64,000 nucleotides of DNA from the human T2T-CHM13v2.0 reference genome, Homo sapiens. The notes under the pieces are model-generated. The model was not told the origin of the DNA, searched no databases, and saw only the letters and a list, made by a program, of their open reading frames with translations. Shown piece by piece: positions 1 through 23,161 of this stretch. Numbering within the stretch: position 1 is the first letter of the stretch; each line of letters opens with the position of its first letter. The stretch lies in the NCBI RefSeq assembly GCF_009914755.1, contig NC_060941.1; one strand, written 5' to 3'. Position numbers and translations under genes: made by a program.

Positions 1-720
1 GCCCGGGTCTTCGGGCGGCGGGCGGGGGCGGCGGGGCCTCACCGAGATAGATGTCTCCGAAGGAGCCGCTGCCGATCTTCCGGCCCAGCCGGTACCTGTT
101 CCCGACTCTCAGCTCCATGGCGGCGGCGGCCCGATTCGCTCCTGCCCTCCCGGCCGCTTCCTGGGTCTGAACTCTGGGAGGCGGCGCCGCTGCTGCCGCT
201 ACTGCGGGTCCGGCTCCCGGCTCCGCCCCCCTCACGGCCCCGCTTTCACCATCGCTTTCCTGTCGCCCCGCCGCTCCCAGCGCCTCAATACGGGGCGGAT
301 GGGACAGTCCGAGCGCCGCCGCCGCTGCTCCGGCCCCTACCGGTCCCGCTTGCCCTCTCCCCGCCGCGGATGGACTCGGATCTTCCGGGCCTAAATCCCC
401 TTTCAGCTGCCTAAAGGAGCCGCCGCCATCGCGCTGTGACGTCACTTCCCCTAGCAACCCGGCGGGGCGGGGCCGCGGCGCTCCAGGGGCGGGGCCGGGC
501 GGGGCGAGCGCTCCAGGCCTCCTCCCGACCCTGCGCCGTGCCCAGCCCCTCTGCCCTCCTGTTACCCCGGGACCTCGGGCCGCCAGCCCCTTCCACGTGC
601 AGGCTCCTGCTGCTCTCGCGGGGGCTTTTCGTGTGTCCCCCGAGATGTCGAGGAAGCCAGGTGAGTTCCTCGCGACAGGCGGTGCCCTTTGCAGGAGGGG
701 ACAGGTAGCTGAGGCGTGGA
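1..720 (-). promoter_or_regulatory. CSNK1D: CSNK1D CpG island, 5' UTR and promoter with CRE/ETS/RFX/GC-box cluster
   Basis: Very CpG-dense. TGACGTCA at 437-444 overlaps ACTTCC at 444-449, RFX-like CTTCCCCTAGCAAC at 445-458, and GGGGCGGGG boxes at 464-505. Confidence 0.85.
43..118 (-). CDS. CSNK1D: Casein kinase I delta, coding exon 1 (76 nt); the rest of the gene lies left of the window
   Basis: Reverse complement from 118 reads gccgccgccATGG (perfect Kozak) and encodes [25 protein letters not shown]+G, containing the kinase GxGxxG loop. A GTGAG donor follows at 42-38. Confidence 0.97.
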
Positions 721-2422
721 CAGAGTGACAGGCCAGGCTCAGGGGACACAGGTGAGACCCCCTCACTGGGCTGCCAGTTCCCGGGCTTGGGGCATCCCAG
801 TACGTCAGCGTCTGCGGCCTTACCTCCTGACACCTAAGGCCAGAGACAGAGCAGGCCCGCGCCCTGGGAGGTCCTGATGTCCAGCCTGAAGATTGAGGAC
901 AAAGCCACCACCTTTCACAAAATGAGGCCAGACCACCTGCCTCCCTCCAGTCCCTGCGGCCTGGAGACGGAGTCAACATTCTTATCTGTGTTGGATCTGA
1001 ATGTTCCTCCTTGCAAAGGAAACAAGGAGTGGACGTTCAGGCTGATGGCCAGCTTCAAAGATCGGGGCCTTTGATTCCCATCACTGGGAAGAAAGCCCTT
1101 CAGACAAGCCCCCCCAGGCTGCAGGTGCATGGGGACCTTGAAGAACCCGTCCCCATGGTCCCACGTCCATGTGTCTCGAGACCTGTCGCATCCTCGCTGA
1201 AACTCAAGAATGTGAAACAGGTGAAGGTGTGTTTTGACGCATTAGCATACCAGGGCTGTGGTGTGGGCACCGCCGTGTGAGTGAGACAGCAGCCTCAGCC
1301 CGTCCAGGTCACTGCAGAAGAGGAAAGCAGCCCCCACAGGCCCCACAGTGGTGCTCGCCTTTCTCCACCCCCCAGTCTTTCCTCTCCACCCCTCAGCTCC
1401 AAACAGCTGGAGGTCAGGTCGGGGAGACGGGCGTCCATTCCCGAAATTACATAGCAGGGCCTGGAGACAGGAGATGCCGCCGGCCAGACCACCATCAGTC
1501 ACTAATGAGGGATGGGCAGTCGGAACTGCCCAGTTTCTGAGTTACAGAAGCCGGGGGTGGGGGGCTGCCAGACTAGTAAAACTGACCTTGTTGGCGGAAT
1601 CGCTCACGGCTTTTCTGTTGATGAACAGAGTCCAGCTCTCCCACGGGTGGCTGTGATCCTTCTTCCTGGGGAGTCCTGCTGTCCCTGACTAGGGGCACCT
1701 GCCCACCTGTCAGCTGCTCCTCCCTCGGCTGGTCCTCCTGGGCTCTGATGGCCCCAACATTTCTAGCTCTTCTCACCCATAGTGCCCCAAGCTTCATGCA
1801 GCTGCGGCAGGTACTGTGCCCGTCTGCCTGGCTTTTGTGTGTTTGTGTCTTGACTCTATAACCCGTGCACACGGACTGGGCTGTGGTGTAGTGGGGATGG
1901 CAGGAGCCCTGGGAACATGCGGGCTGGGCAAGGTGAGGCAGGCTGATTGCTGTGGCTCCCCCACCACCAGCCCCAGCCACAACAAACTGACAAAGGAAGA
2001 GGACAGTGGTACCCTGGAGCCCTGGGGTCAGAGAGAGGAGGACAAAGCAGGTGTGTAGCCCAGGGAATGACAGCACCCCTTCCGAGAAGACAGGGAGGGT
2101 GCAGACATGGCCAGGTTCTGAGCTAGAAAACTGTCAGCAGGGGGCTGAAGCTGAGGATAGTCATTGCCAAGGAACAGCCTCCGTCACAGAGGAGACGCAC
2201 AGATGCGGTGACGAGGGAGGGATGCGGGGCTGGTGACCGCTGGGAACGGATGTGTGAGGCAGAGTCTCCAGGCATGGTCTGTGGGGCGGTTTGATGATAC
2301 TAGAACATCTCAGAGTAGAAGGACGTCCCGACCTGCAGACTGGAAAGCCCCCAGAGCTCCCGGCAGGACGTATGAGGGCCAGCCCACACCCAGGTCTGTC
2401 CTGATACAACTGAACGCCACAG

Positions 2423-3848
<1,426 letters not shown>

Positions 3849-4234
3849 ACAGAGAAAGAGGAAAGTTTACAGATACCCATTTAGAAAGAATCTGCTAACA
3901 AAGGGAAAGAATCAGGCTGGGCGCGGTGGTTTATGCCTGGAATCCCAACACTTTGAGAGGCCAAGGTGGGTGGATCACCTGAGGTCAGGAGTTTGAGACC
4001 AGCCTGGCCAGCATGTGAAACCCTGTCTCTACTAAAAATGCAAACATTAGCCAGGCGTAGTGACGTGCACCTGTAGTCCCAGCTACCCAGGAGGCCAGGC
4101 AAGAGAATTGCTGGAGTTCATGAGACAGAGGTTGCAGTGAGCAGAGATCCTGCCACTGCACTCCAGCCCAGGCAACAAGAGCGAGACTGTGTCTCAAAAA
4201 CAAACAAACAACAACAACAAAAGGAAAGAATCAG

Positions 4235-4643
4235 ACTGGCTTGGGACTCTGCTGTCCCCTGCCCGTGACCTCCCAAAAGCGTGTGTTAGAGACTGACCTG
4301 CCTAGTGCGTCAGTGGAGGGGGCACTTTGGAGAGGGGCTTGGATCGTGAGGCCCCGCCCTCGTGAATGGCTCAGTGCCTTGTGAAAGGGCTTGATGGAGG
4401 GAGTTTGGTCCCTTTTCCCCTTTTGTCTCTCTGCTGTGTGAGGACACCATGTTCCTCCCCTCTGGAGGATGCTGTAACAAGCTGTCATCTCGGGAGGAGA
4501 CACCAGGCCCTGACCAGACGCTGAACATGCCAGCACCTTCATCTTGGACTTTCCAGCCCCCAGAACTGTGAGAAATAAATTTCTGTTCTTTATAAGTACC
4601 TAGTCCATGGTGTTTTGTTACAGCAGCATGAACAGACTGAGAT
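4235..4643 (+). mobile_element. MaLR LTR (MSTD/MLT1-like)
   Basis: Typical 3' part ATCTTGGACTTTCCAGCCCCCAGAACTGTGAGAAATAAATTTCTGTTCTTTATAAGTACC...TTTTGTTACAGCAGC. Confidence 0.7.
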
Positions 4644-4939
4644 AGCGGCTTACATGTAACCGGAAGCTGCAGAAAAACATCTTCAGACAGCTGAGACGGC
4701 TCCCAGGACTCGTGCCTGGCACAGACACCATCTGCCTGGCAGGGCAAAGAAAGGCGTCTGTGAGTGTGGGAGGATTCCGAGTCTAACACCCTGAGCCCAG
4801 CCAGGAAGGGGCCAGGAAGGCCTCCTCGTGAACAACGAATGAAACAGATCCCAGATCTCAGACAGGGCGGGGAAGGGGAGGGGTACCATGTCAAGCAGCA
4901 CTCTGTGTAAGTCGGCACCTGCGCACACTTGCATGCAGA

Positions 4940-5140
4940 CGTGTGTATTGTGAGTGTATGGACATGTTAGAAATGGATGTGTGCATGTGTCTGCATGTGT
5001 TTGTGCATTTATGCACAGACACTACACGGGCATGCACATCATGTACGTATATGTTTGCATATGTGCACGTGTGTGTACGTGCATGTGTTCGTGTGTGCAT
5101 GCACACAGCATGCGTGTGTGTGTATACTTGCATGCATGCT
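4940..5140. repeat. Degenerate (TG/CA)n low-complexity tract
   Basis: Alternating purine-pyrimidine TGTG/CATG/TACG. Confidence 0.85.
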
Positions 5141-6014
5141 AACATATGGTGGAGAATAAATAATGATCACCTCTCTGGAACTGGGGAAAGTAAGTGTTAA
5201 ACAGATTTTCGACAGGAAATGCTGCTGCAAGGAATTCGTCCGTAGGCTAGCACTACAACCTGGAGGCAGGGAGCAGTGAGGAGTGGAAGTCTTCCCATCA
5301 GAAGTGAGGAAGGCTGGATACGGTGGCTCACACCAGTAATCCCAGCACTTTGGGAGGCAAAGGCAGGAGGATCACTTGAGCCCAGGAGTTTGAGACCAGC
5401 CTAGGCAACTTAGCAAGACCTTGTCTTAAAAAAAAAAAAAAAAATTTTACAAGGAACTACACAGATGGCAAAATTAAAAAAAAAAAAAGTGGGAAGAGGG
5501 GAGAAAGGGAGATCAATGTCTTCTACAGATTTCATCTTATCGGGTGGAGGGTGTGAGGAGTAGAGCCACGTGGTGGGAAACTGTTGGTGTCTTGTTTGCG
5601 AATGACTTTGGAACAAAGACCACCTGATAAGCACAGTTAAGGAAGGAAAACACACAGGGACTTCCCAGGGAGCCAGGAGGACACTGGGGGAGCAGGAACA
5701 CCTGCCTTTCCCATGGGGCCCTGGTGTGCCCAGCCCCCCACTTCATGTCTGACCCACGTGCTCTCCGGCTGACCTCCTGGGACTCGCACCTGGCCCCCAC
5801 TTGGTATCTGAGCCACGTGCTTCCCGGCCCTCACTTGGTATCTGAGCCATGTACTTCCCGGCTGACCTCCCGCAACGTGAAGACTACTCTCGCTCCCTTC
5901 AAGGCCACTGTCCCCACCGCAGCCAGAGAGGTGTTTTATAGTTCAAATCCTGCCCAGGCACCATCTTGTCTAAAGGCAGCCCTGAGCCGGAATCTGTGTG
6001 CTTTGCTGATGGGA

Positions 6015-7740
<1,726 letters not shown>

Positions 7741-7762
7741 AACAAAACCCAGAAACAAAAAC

Positions 7763-7897
7763 AACCACCAAAACCCATCAGGTAGCCCTGAGTCCAGAGC
7801 CAACTTCAACCACCAAAACCCACCAGGCAGCCCTGAGTCCAGAGCCAAATTCAACCACCAAAACCCACCAGGCAGCCCTGAGTCCAGAGCCAACTTC
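7763..7897. repeat. 45-bp tandem repeat x3
   Basis: AACCACCAAAACCCAYCAGGYAGCCCTGAGTCCAGAGCCAAMTTC three times, abutting an Alu tail. Confidence 0.95.
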
Positions 7898-8174
7898 CTT
7901 GCTGGGTTAGAGGTCCTCACCTCCTGCCCTCCCCGCAGGAACCACTTGCAGCTTCCTGAAGGCATCAATGTCACCCCGCCCCTGAGCCTGGGGGTGATGA
8001 AGGTGGATGAGCCAGCCCTGCACAGGTGAAGGCCACTGACAGCTGCACAAGGGGGGCTGCGGTTTGCAGCTTCCAGCAGCTTCCAGGGGGAGGGGACCTC
8101 AGCCCGATGAAGGATGCCAGCGTGGAGGTTCCCAGGTGGGACCTGGGGGTGGTATTCCAGGAGCTAGAGGCAAT

Positions 8175-8600
8175 ATGTGTTCCTGCGTGTGAGCATGTAT
8201 GCGTGTGTGCATACAAGTGTACATGTGTGTGCACATGTGCATGTGTGCCCGTGTATGTGTGTGTGTTCATGTGTGTCCATGTCTGTGTGTCTGTGTGTTC
8301 ATGTGTGTCCGTTGTGAGCATGTGTGCATGTGTCCATATGTGTGCGTGTGTGCCTGTGTGTGCATGTGTGTCCGTGTGTGCCTATGTCCGTATGTGTGCA
8401 TGTGTGCCTGTGTGTTCCTGTGTGTGTCTGTGTGTGTGTGTGCCTGTGTCCGTATGTGTGCATATGTGCCCGTGTGTGCATGTGTGTGCTGTGTGTGCAC
8501 GTGTGCGTGCATGTGTGTCCGTGTGCATGTGTGCATGGGTGTCCATGTGCACGTGTTCACGTGTGTGCATGCATGCATACATGTGTGTGCGTGTGTGTGT
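8175..8600. repeat. Degenerate (TG)n-rich tract
   Basis: About 425 bp of TGTG/CATG/CGTG. Confidence 0.9.
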
Positions 8601-8884
8601 TGGGCAAACCTCTCACCCACCTGCTGGCCAAGGGTAACTCTAGGAAGTGCTGGGATCACCCAGGGCTGGGGTTAGACAGGTGCACAGGTAGAGCTGAGGA
8701 ATTCAGCCCTTCAGGTTCCCAGGGCTCCTAGCCAGCACTGGTGACTAATTGGGCAGAGGCGAGCAATGCCCAGCCCACGCCAGGAAGGAACGGAAGTGAG
8801 TTCATGTCCCACCTCCCACGACTTAACCCAGGCACAGACGAGGCCACCACGAAGGCTGGGACTGTAATGAGGTTGCCCTAGAGG

Positions 8885-8992
8885 TGCCCTGTGCAATGCG
8901 GCAGCCGCCAACCACGTGTGGTTATTTAAATTAATTAAATAAAAGTAAAAAGCAGTTCCTCAGGCTCCTAAGCCACATTTCAAGTGCTCAGT
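8885..8992 (-). mobile_element. MER3-like hAT MITE fragment
   Basis: CCACGTGTGGTTATTTAAATTAATTAAA...CAGTTCCTCAG...AGCCACATTTCAAGTGCTCA resembles the MER3/MER33 consensus. Confidence 0.6.
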
Positions 8993-10915
8993 GATACTCG
9001 GAGTGCTCAGGGCTGCTGGAGACCAGTGGTCTGGACCAGAGGTGATTTCGTTCCCCAGGAGATGTGGCTGCCGCCAGAGAGAATGGCCTGGCCATGAGTC
9101 AGTAGGGCTGAGGCGGAGACCTCCTACCCCCTGCCCCAGACCCAGCCCTGATTTGTGCCCTGGCAGCATCCAGGGTAACAGCTGGCTATGAGGGAGAGCT
9201 TTCCATGCATGTGGCTCCTGCCATGCTGGTTTACCTGGTCAGGTGAGGGTGTGAGCCTTGAAGAAGCCAGGTGGGAGGAGGGTTTGATTGCGCTGGCCCT
9301 GGGTAGGGCTAAGGGTGGCCCACGTCTGTGGTCATGGCACGGCAGGGGGCTGCATGCCCCTGATGGAGTTGCTTCCCATCAGACATTTTGAGTCCTGAGC
9401 TGGGAACCTGTTGGGGGTGGAACCTGCCCCGTACCTGGACCCTCACACCTTCTCCCACCTAGCCCATGAGGTGATGGGCCATCTGGGCTGGGTGTTGCCC
9501 CAGTTTTTGTGTCCAGAGGTTTTCCAGGGTTCCCAGGCCCAGCCCTGCGTCCCTGGCTCAGGAGCACCCTCCCTCAGCCCTGGGGCCCGTCCTTAGCTCG
9601 GCAGCCCTGGGCAAATCGTGTATCCCCTAGTCAGCTTCTCCAGGGTGACCGGCAGTGACTGAAGTCCCTGTTCCCTGTTCCACCCTCCCTGCGCAGGGCT
9701 GGGCACACCGGGCGCCGTCAGTACACTGTCTGCAATGGCCGAGAAGGCAGCGCTCCATGCAGGAGGAACGATGCGTCCTTGCCACTGCCCTCATTTGTGA
9801 CTTGGGACAGCTGCTCCCAGCAGGATGGTGTCCTTTCCTCCAGAGCCAGGGGAGGAGTGAGGCCTGGTGCCCGGGCGGTACCTGCCTCACCCAGGTCGCA
9901 GAGAGCTATTCCTCGGCAGCCTCTGCCACTGGAGGTGTGGGCAGGTGGTGGGGTGATGCCCACACGAGTGCAGTGGATGCGGCCCTGGCCCAGCCTGCAG
10001 GAAGTTGGAGGGGTCCCCATCAGAGCTGGGGCTGCTGCCCCCCATTCCCCTCCCACCAATGTGTCAGGGCAAAACTGGAAGGGTCATGCCTGTCCCCAGC
10101 TCCCAGAGGTCTCGTTTCTCTCTCGTGGCTGGCACAGAGCCAGCAGAGAGGCCCAGCCTGCATGCTCTTCAGCGCCCCAGGCATCATCCCAGCCGGCTGG
10201 GGAGCGTCTGTGCCCAGATGCCCTCGACATCCCTCTTCTCTGCATCTCACAGCTTTGCGGGGTGACTGGGCATGAGTCATCAGCCGCTGAGGCCTCCCAC
10301 CTGCCCCAAGTGAGCACGGCCTCTGCAGGGGCCACCCAGTGAATCGGCAGCCATGGGAACTTCCCTAGCACCTCCTCCCCAGGGTGTCCACCCAGGCCAC
10401 CTCCTTTCTCTGCCGCCTCCTCCAGGCAGGACATCCCACCCAACTTAGCTGGCAGAGCTCTAGAGGTCAGGCTGAGTGACCAGGTAACACGGGGTAGCCC
10501 TGGCCAGTCCCAAGCATGTTCCCTGGGGAGGCCACTGGGAGGTATGTCCCTGGGGCTGGAGCAGGCTGAGGGCATTCTGGGTCAAATTAAGGCAAGATTT
10601 GGGACCTCTGAAACAGAGCTCTGAGCACATGCTTGGAAGCTGGGGGCGGGTAGAGGAGCTGCTGGGAGGGCCCAGCACAGTGCGGGATGCAGGATGCGGG
10701 ATGCGGGATGCTCAGGGAGGGACAAGGAGGGACGGCCGCACAACTGTTAGAGCTGTGATGACGTCGAGGAACAGGGAGGCATTGAAGGCAGCTGACTCCA
10801 GACCAGCTCTGTCTGCTCTAACGCAGCACTGAAGCATCCACTCAAGGCAGGCAACTCAAGTCAGAGCAGACCCAAAGGAACAAAGAGGAAAAAATTAAAA
10901 AGGCAGAAAGCAGGG

Positions 10916-12647
<1,732 letters not shown>

Positions 12648-12974
12648 CTAACTGGACCTCATGGTCTGAGTTTCTCTAGTTTAATATCAGACGATATCAG
12701 TGCAATTTGTTCCGCCAATACGCTACAGAAGAACTCTAACTCAGGCATAGAAAAGCATTAGATGGAATATAATTGATTTCACCTACTTTGTTTATGATTA
12801 AAAAGCTCTTAGCACAATAGACATACTTTTCAATGGTACAGGTTAGACACCCATGTCCACAACAACCACGTATATGATGGAGAAACTTCAGTGGCTGAGT
12901 CCATGACCAGGACAAAATGCCCAATGATGTGCTCCTGGTTCACACCAGGAGCCTCAGACACTCACGTGGCCTCA

Positions 12975-15960
<2,986 letters not shown>

Positions 15961-16182
15961 TAAAAAGGAAAAAGTTGCTGTAGGTTCCTGATTGCTCCCA
16001 TAGCAGGTTAGGCTCTCCCCCGTCGTTCCTAGCTTGCTAATAGTGGTAACAACAATGGCCATTTAAATCTACCATCTCAAGATGGAAAAAACACATGTAC
16101 ACAAAACGCAGTGGAAGGGCTGGCTACGAGTCAGAGGAATGACAGCAAGGATGGCTGAATAACAAAGAAACAGATGAAATCA

Positions 16183-19500
<3,318 letters not shown>

Positions 19501-19929
19501 CAACCGCACGCCGATCGCCGGCTCCACCATAAATAGAAACGGGTGGTCTCTAATTGGCCTAGCTCTAATTGGCCTAGCTGTTGTCACGTGCTCTCCGATG
19601 GCCCAATCACTAAGGCTGGACGATGCTGCACTGTGAATGGCCAGGCCCGAGTCATGTGCCCGGAGAGGGCGGGGCTGGGCCCTTCCGCTCGCCGCGTCTG
19701 GCGATCGCGGCTACGGAGACCCAGGAGGGCCCGGCCAGGAGACCCGCTCTCTAGAGCGGCGAGGGCAGGGGTTGCTAGGGCGCCGGGGTCGAACCCGCGC
19801 TTCCTGCAAGTCTTAGGGCCGCATCCCTGCCGAGGCGGGCGTTGGGAAGGGTGGGAGATGGGAAGGTGCGGTGGTGCGGGGAGGGGAGGGCGCCGGGAGG
19901 GGTCGGAGAGGGGTCGCGGGTTTTGGGGC

Positions 19930-20270
19930 TGCGAGGAGGGAAGGAGGGAAGAGGAGGGAAGAGGAGGGCAAGGGGAGGGGAGGGCGGGGAGGAGAGAGGG
20001 CGCGGGCAGGGGAGTGGAGGGCGCGGGGAGGGGAGGGCGCGGGGAGGGGAGGGCGGGGAGGAGAGAGGGTGCGGAGAGGAGGGCGGGAAGGAGAGGGGAC
20101 GGGGGGAGGGAGGGGACGGGGGGAGGGAGGGGACGGGGGGAGGGAGGGGAGGGTGGGGGAAGGAGGGGAGGGGAGGGTGGGGGAAGGAGGGAAGGGGAGG
20201 GGAGGGGAGGAGAGGGCGGGGAGGGGAGGGGAGGGCGCGGGCTGCGGGGCTGCGGGGAGGGAGGGGCGGG
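19930..20270 (+). repeat. G/A-rich polypurine low-complexity tract
   Basis: About 340 bp of GGGAGGG/GGGGAGG runs. Confidence 0.9.
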
Positions 20271-21837
20271 TTCAGGGCTGTGGGCCCCGCCCGGGGCACC
20301 GCCTGGATCAGGCCTGAGGCCGGCTGCAGAGAACTTGGGCACCGCGGACCAGATTGCTGGTCACCAGGATGAAAAATAAAAAAGACCCAAACAGCTCCCC
20401 CGACCCCGCCTTCGCGCAGGCCCCTGGCGTTCTGCTCAGGGGTTTTTGTTTAATGAAGAACGTCAAACATCTGGCAAGGTCGGAATGATTTTGCGATGAG
20501 CACCGCCTGGATTCTGCGGTGAAAGCGACTGTGTGCGCGCTCACGGCCTCGCCTGTCCCTGCATCAGCCCATCTCGTCAGGCAGATCAACATGAAGCTGT
20601 AAAACGGATGACTTAGGCCGGGCGTCGTGATGGGCGCCTGTAATCCCAGCTACTCGGGAGGCTGAGGCAGGAAAACCGCTTGAACCTGGGAGGCGGAGGT
20701 TGCAGTGAACCGCGGTTGCACCACTACACTCCAGCCTGGGAGACAGAGCGAGACTCCGTCTCAAAATAAATAAATAAAACATATGACTTAGGTATATACG
20801 CATGGGGGGAATCCTCGTAAGGCAAGAACGTGCTGCACATTCTGGGGACTGGGACAGGATAAGCACACGAGTAGATCTAAGTCACTGGAAATACCTGGTT
20901 TTGCTGTTGGAGGGGGGCTTGCAGGTGCTCGTTATATTATTACGCTGTTGTAGTAAAACGATGTTAGTTACAGTATTAAATTGCAAATGTCAGTATCCAT
21001 CACCGCCAAAACAGCGTGCATACCACTAGCATATGATTTTTGTAGTTTTTTAATGTTAAGTTTGTAATGAAGTGCACAAACTTAATTATACATTGGCTGA
21101 GGTTATTTGTTTTAAAGGCAGTACTTGCTCTATGGCCCAGGCTGGAGTGCAGTGCGTGATCATGGCTCACTGTAACCTCAAATTCTTGGCCTCAAGCGAT
21201 CCTCCTGCCTCACCCTCCTGAAAGGACTGGGATTACAGGCGTGAGCCACCATGCCCAGCCTCCTTTTGCTGAGTTTTAACAAATACAGTAGTGTAACCGA
21301 AGATGCCATCAAGACAAATAGAACACGTCCCTCACCCCAGAAAATTCTCTTATGCCCCTTTCCATTCTATGTCCACTGCTACCATGCCACCTGTGCTGAT
21401 TTCTCCACTATGCTTCCGCCTGTTCTAAGAGTTCATACTAATGGATCATTGGGTACATGTCCTTGTGTAAGGCGTCTTTCCCTTAGCGTCATGTTTCTGG
21501 AGATTCTTCTGTGTTGTTTCATGTCTCAGGAGTTTGTTCTTTTGATTGCCAAGCAGTCCAGTGTAAACACACCGGTGTGTTTATCTGCTGTATTCATGGA
21601 CACTTGGAGCTGTGTCTGGCTATTGGCGATCACGAATAAAGTTGCTGTTGACTTTCTTTTTGAAGTCTTTGTGTGGACATGTTTTTATTTCTCTGGGCAG
21701 ATACTGAGGAATGGGTCAAAGGAAAGGAGTATGTTTGGTTTTATGAGAAGTTGCCAGATTTCCCCACTGGCTGCTTCCATATTAGTAGTGGAGTCTGAGT
21801 CTTCCATTTCCTCCACATCCTCACAGCACTTGGTAAT

Positions 21838-21844
<7 letters not shown>

Positions 21845-21887
<43 letters not shown>
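21845..21887. repeat. (TG)n microsatellite, about 21 units
   Basis: Perfect TG run at the end of an antisense L1 fragment (~21270-21840). Confidence 0.95.
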
Positions 21888-21893
<6 letters not shown>

Positions 21894-21920
21894 TGTAGCC
21901 GTTTTATTTATTTTTTTTGA

Positions 21921-22025
<105 letters not shown>

Positions 22026-22396
22026 TGAGTAGCTGGGATTACAGGTGTGCACCAGCACGCCCGGCCAATTTTTGTACTTTTAGTAGAGATGGGGTTTCAC
22101 TACGTTGGCCAGGCTGGTCTCGAACTCCTGACCGCAGGTGATCCGCTCGCCTCAGCCTCCCGAAGTGCTGGGATTACAGACGTGAGCCCCCTTACCCAGC
22201 CTGGTAACCACCATTCTACTCTCCTACTAATTCCACTTTTTTGCACTCCACATGTATATCAGTGGGATCATGCAGATTTGTCTTTCTGTGCCTGGCTCAG
22301 TGATGTCCTTCAGGTTCATCCGTGTTGTCAGCAATGACAAGATTTCCTTCTTTTTAAAGGTTCAATGGTATTCTAAGGTGTAAATGTGTTTTTTTC

Positions 22397-23161
<765 letters not shown>

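Noticed and set aside
7971-8731. Cys/Val- and His/Thr-rich ORFs (also at 4891-5230)
   Set aside because: Translations of (TG)n-like low-complexity DNA.
19740-19840. Possible tRNA gene around GGTTCGA
   Set aside because: No acceptor, D or anticodon stems could be paired and there is no A-box or T-run terminator. Kept only as an isolated B-box.
19543-20379. 278 aa Gly/Arg/Glu-rich and 252 aa Pro-rich ORFs
   Set aside because: Products of the polypurine tract, with no domain-like content.
21251-21898. 215 aa hydrophobic ORF
   Set aside because: It begins in an Alu, runs through antisense L1 and ends in a TG microsatellite.
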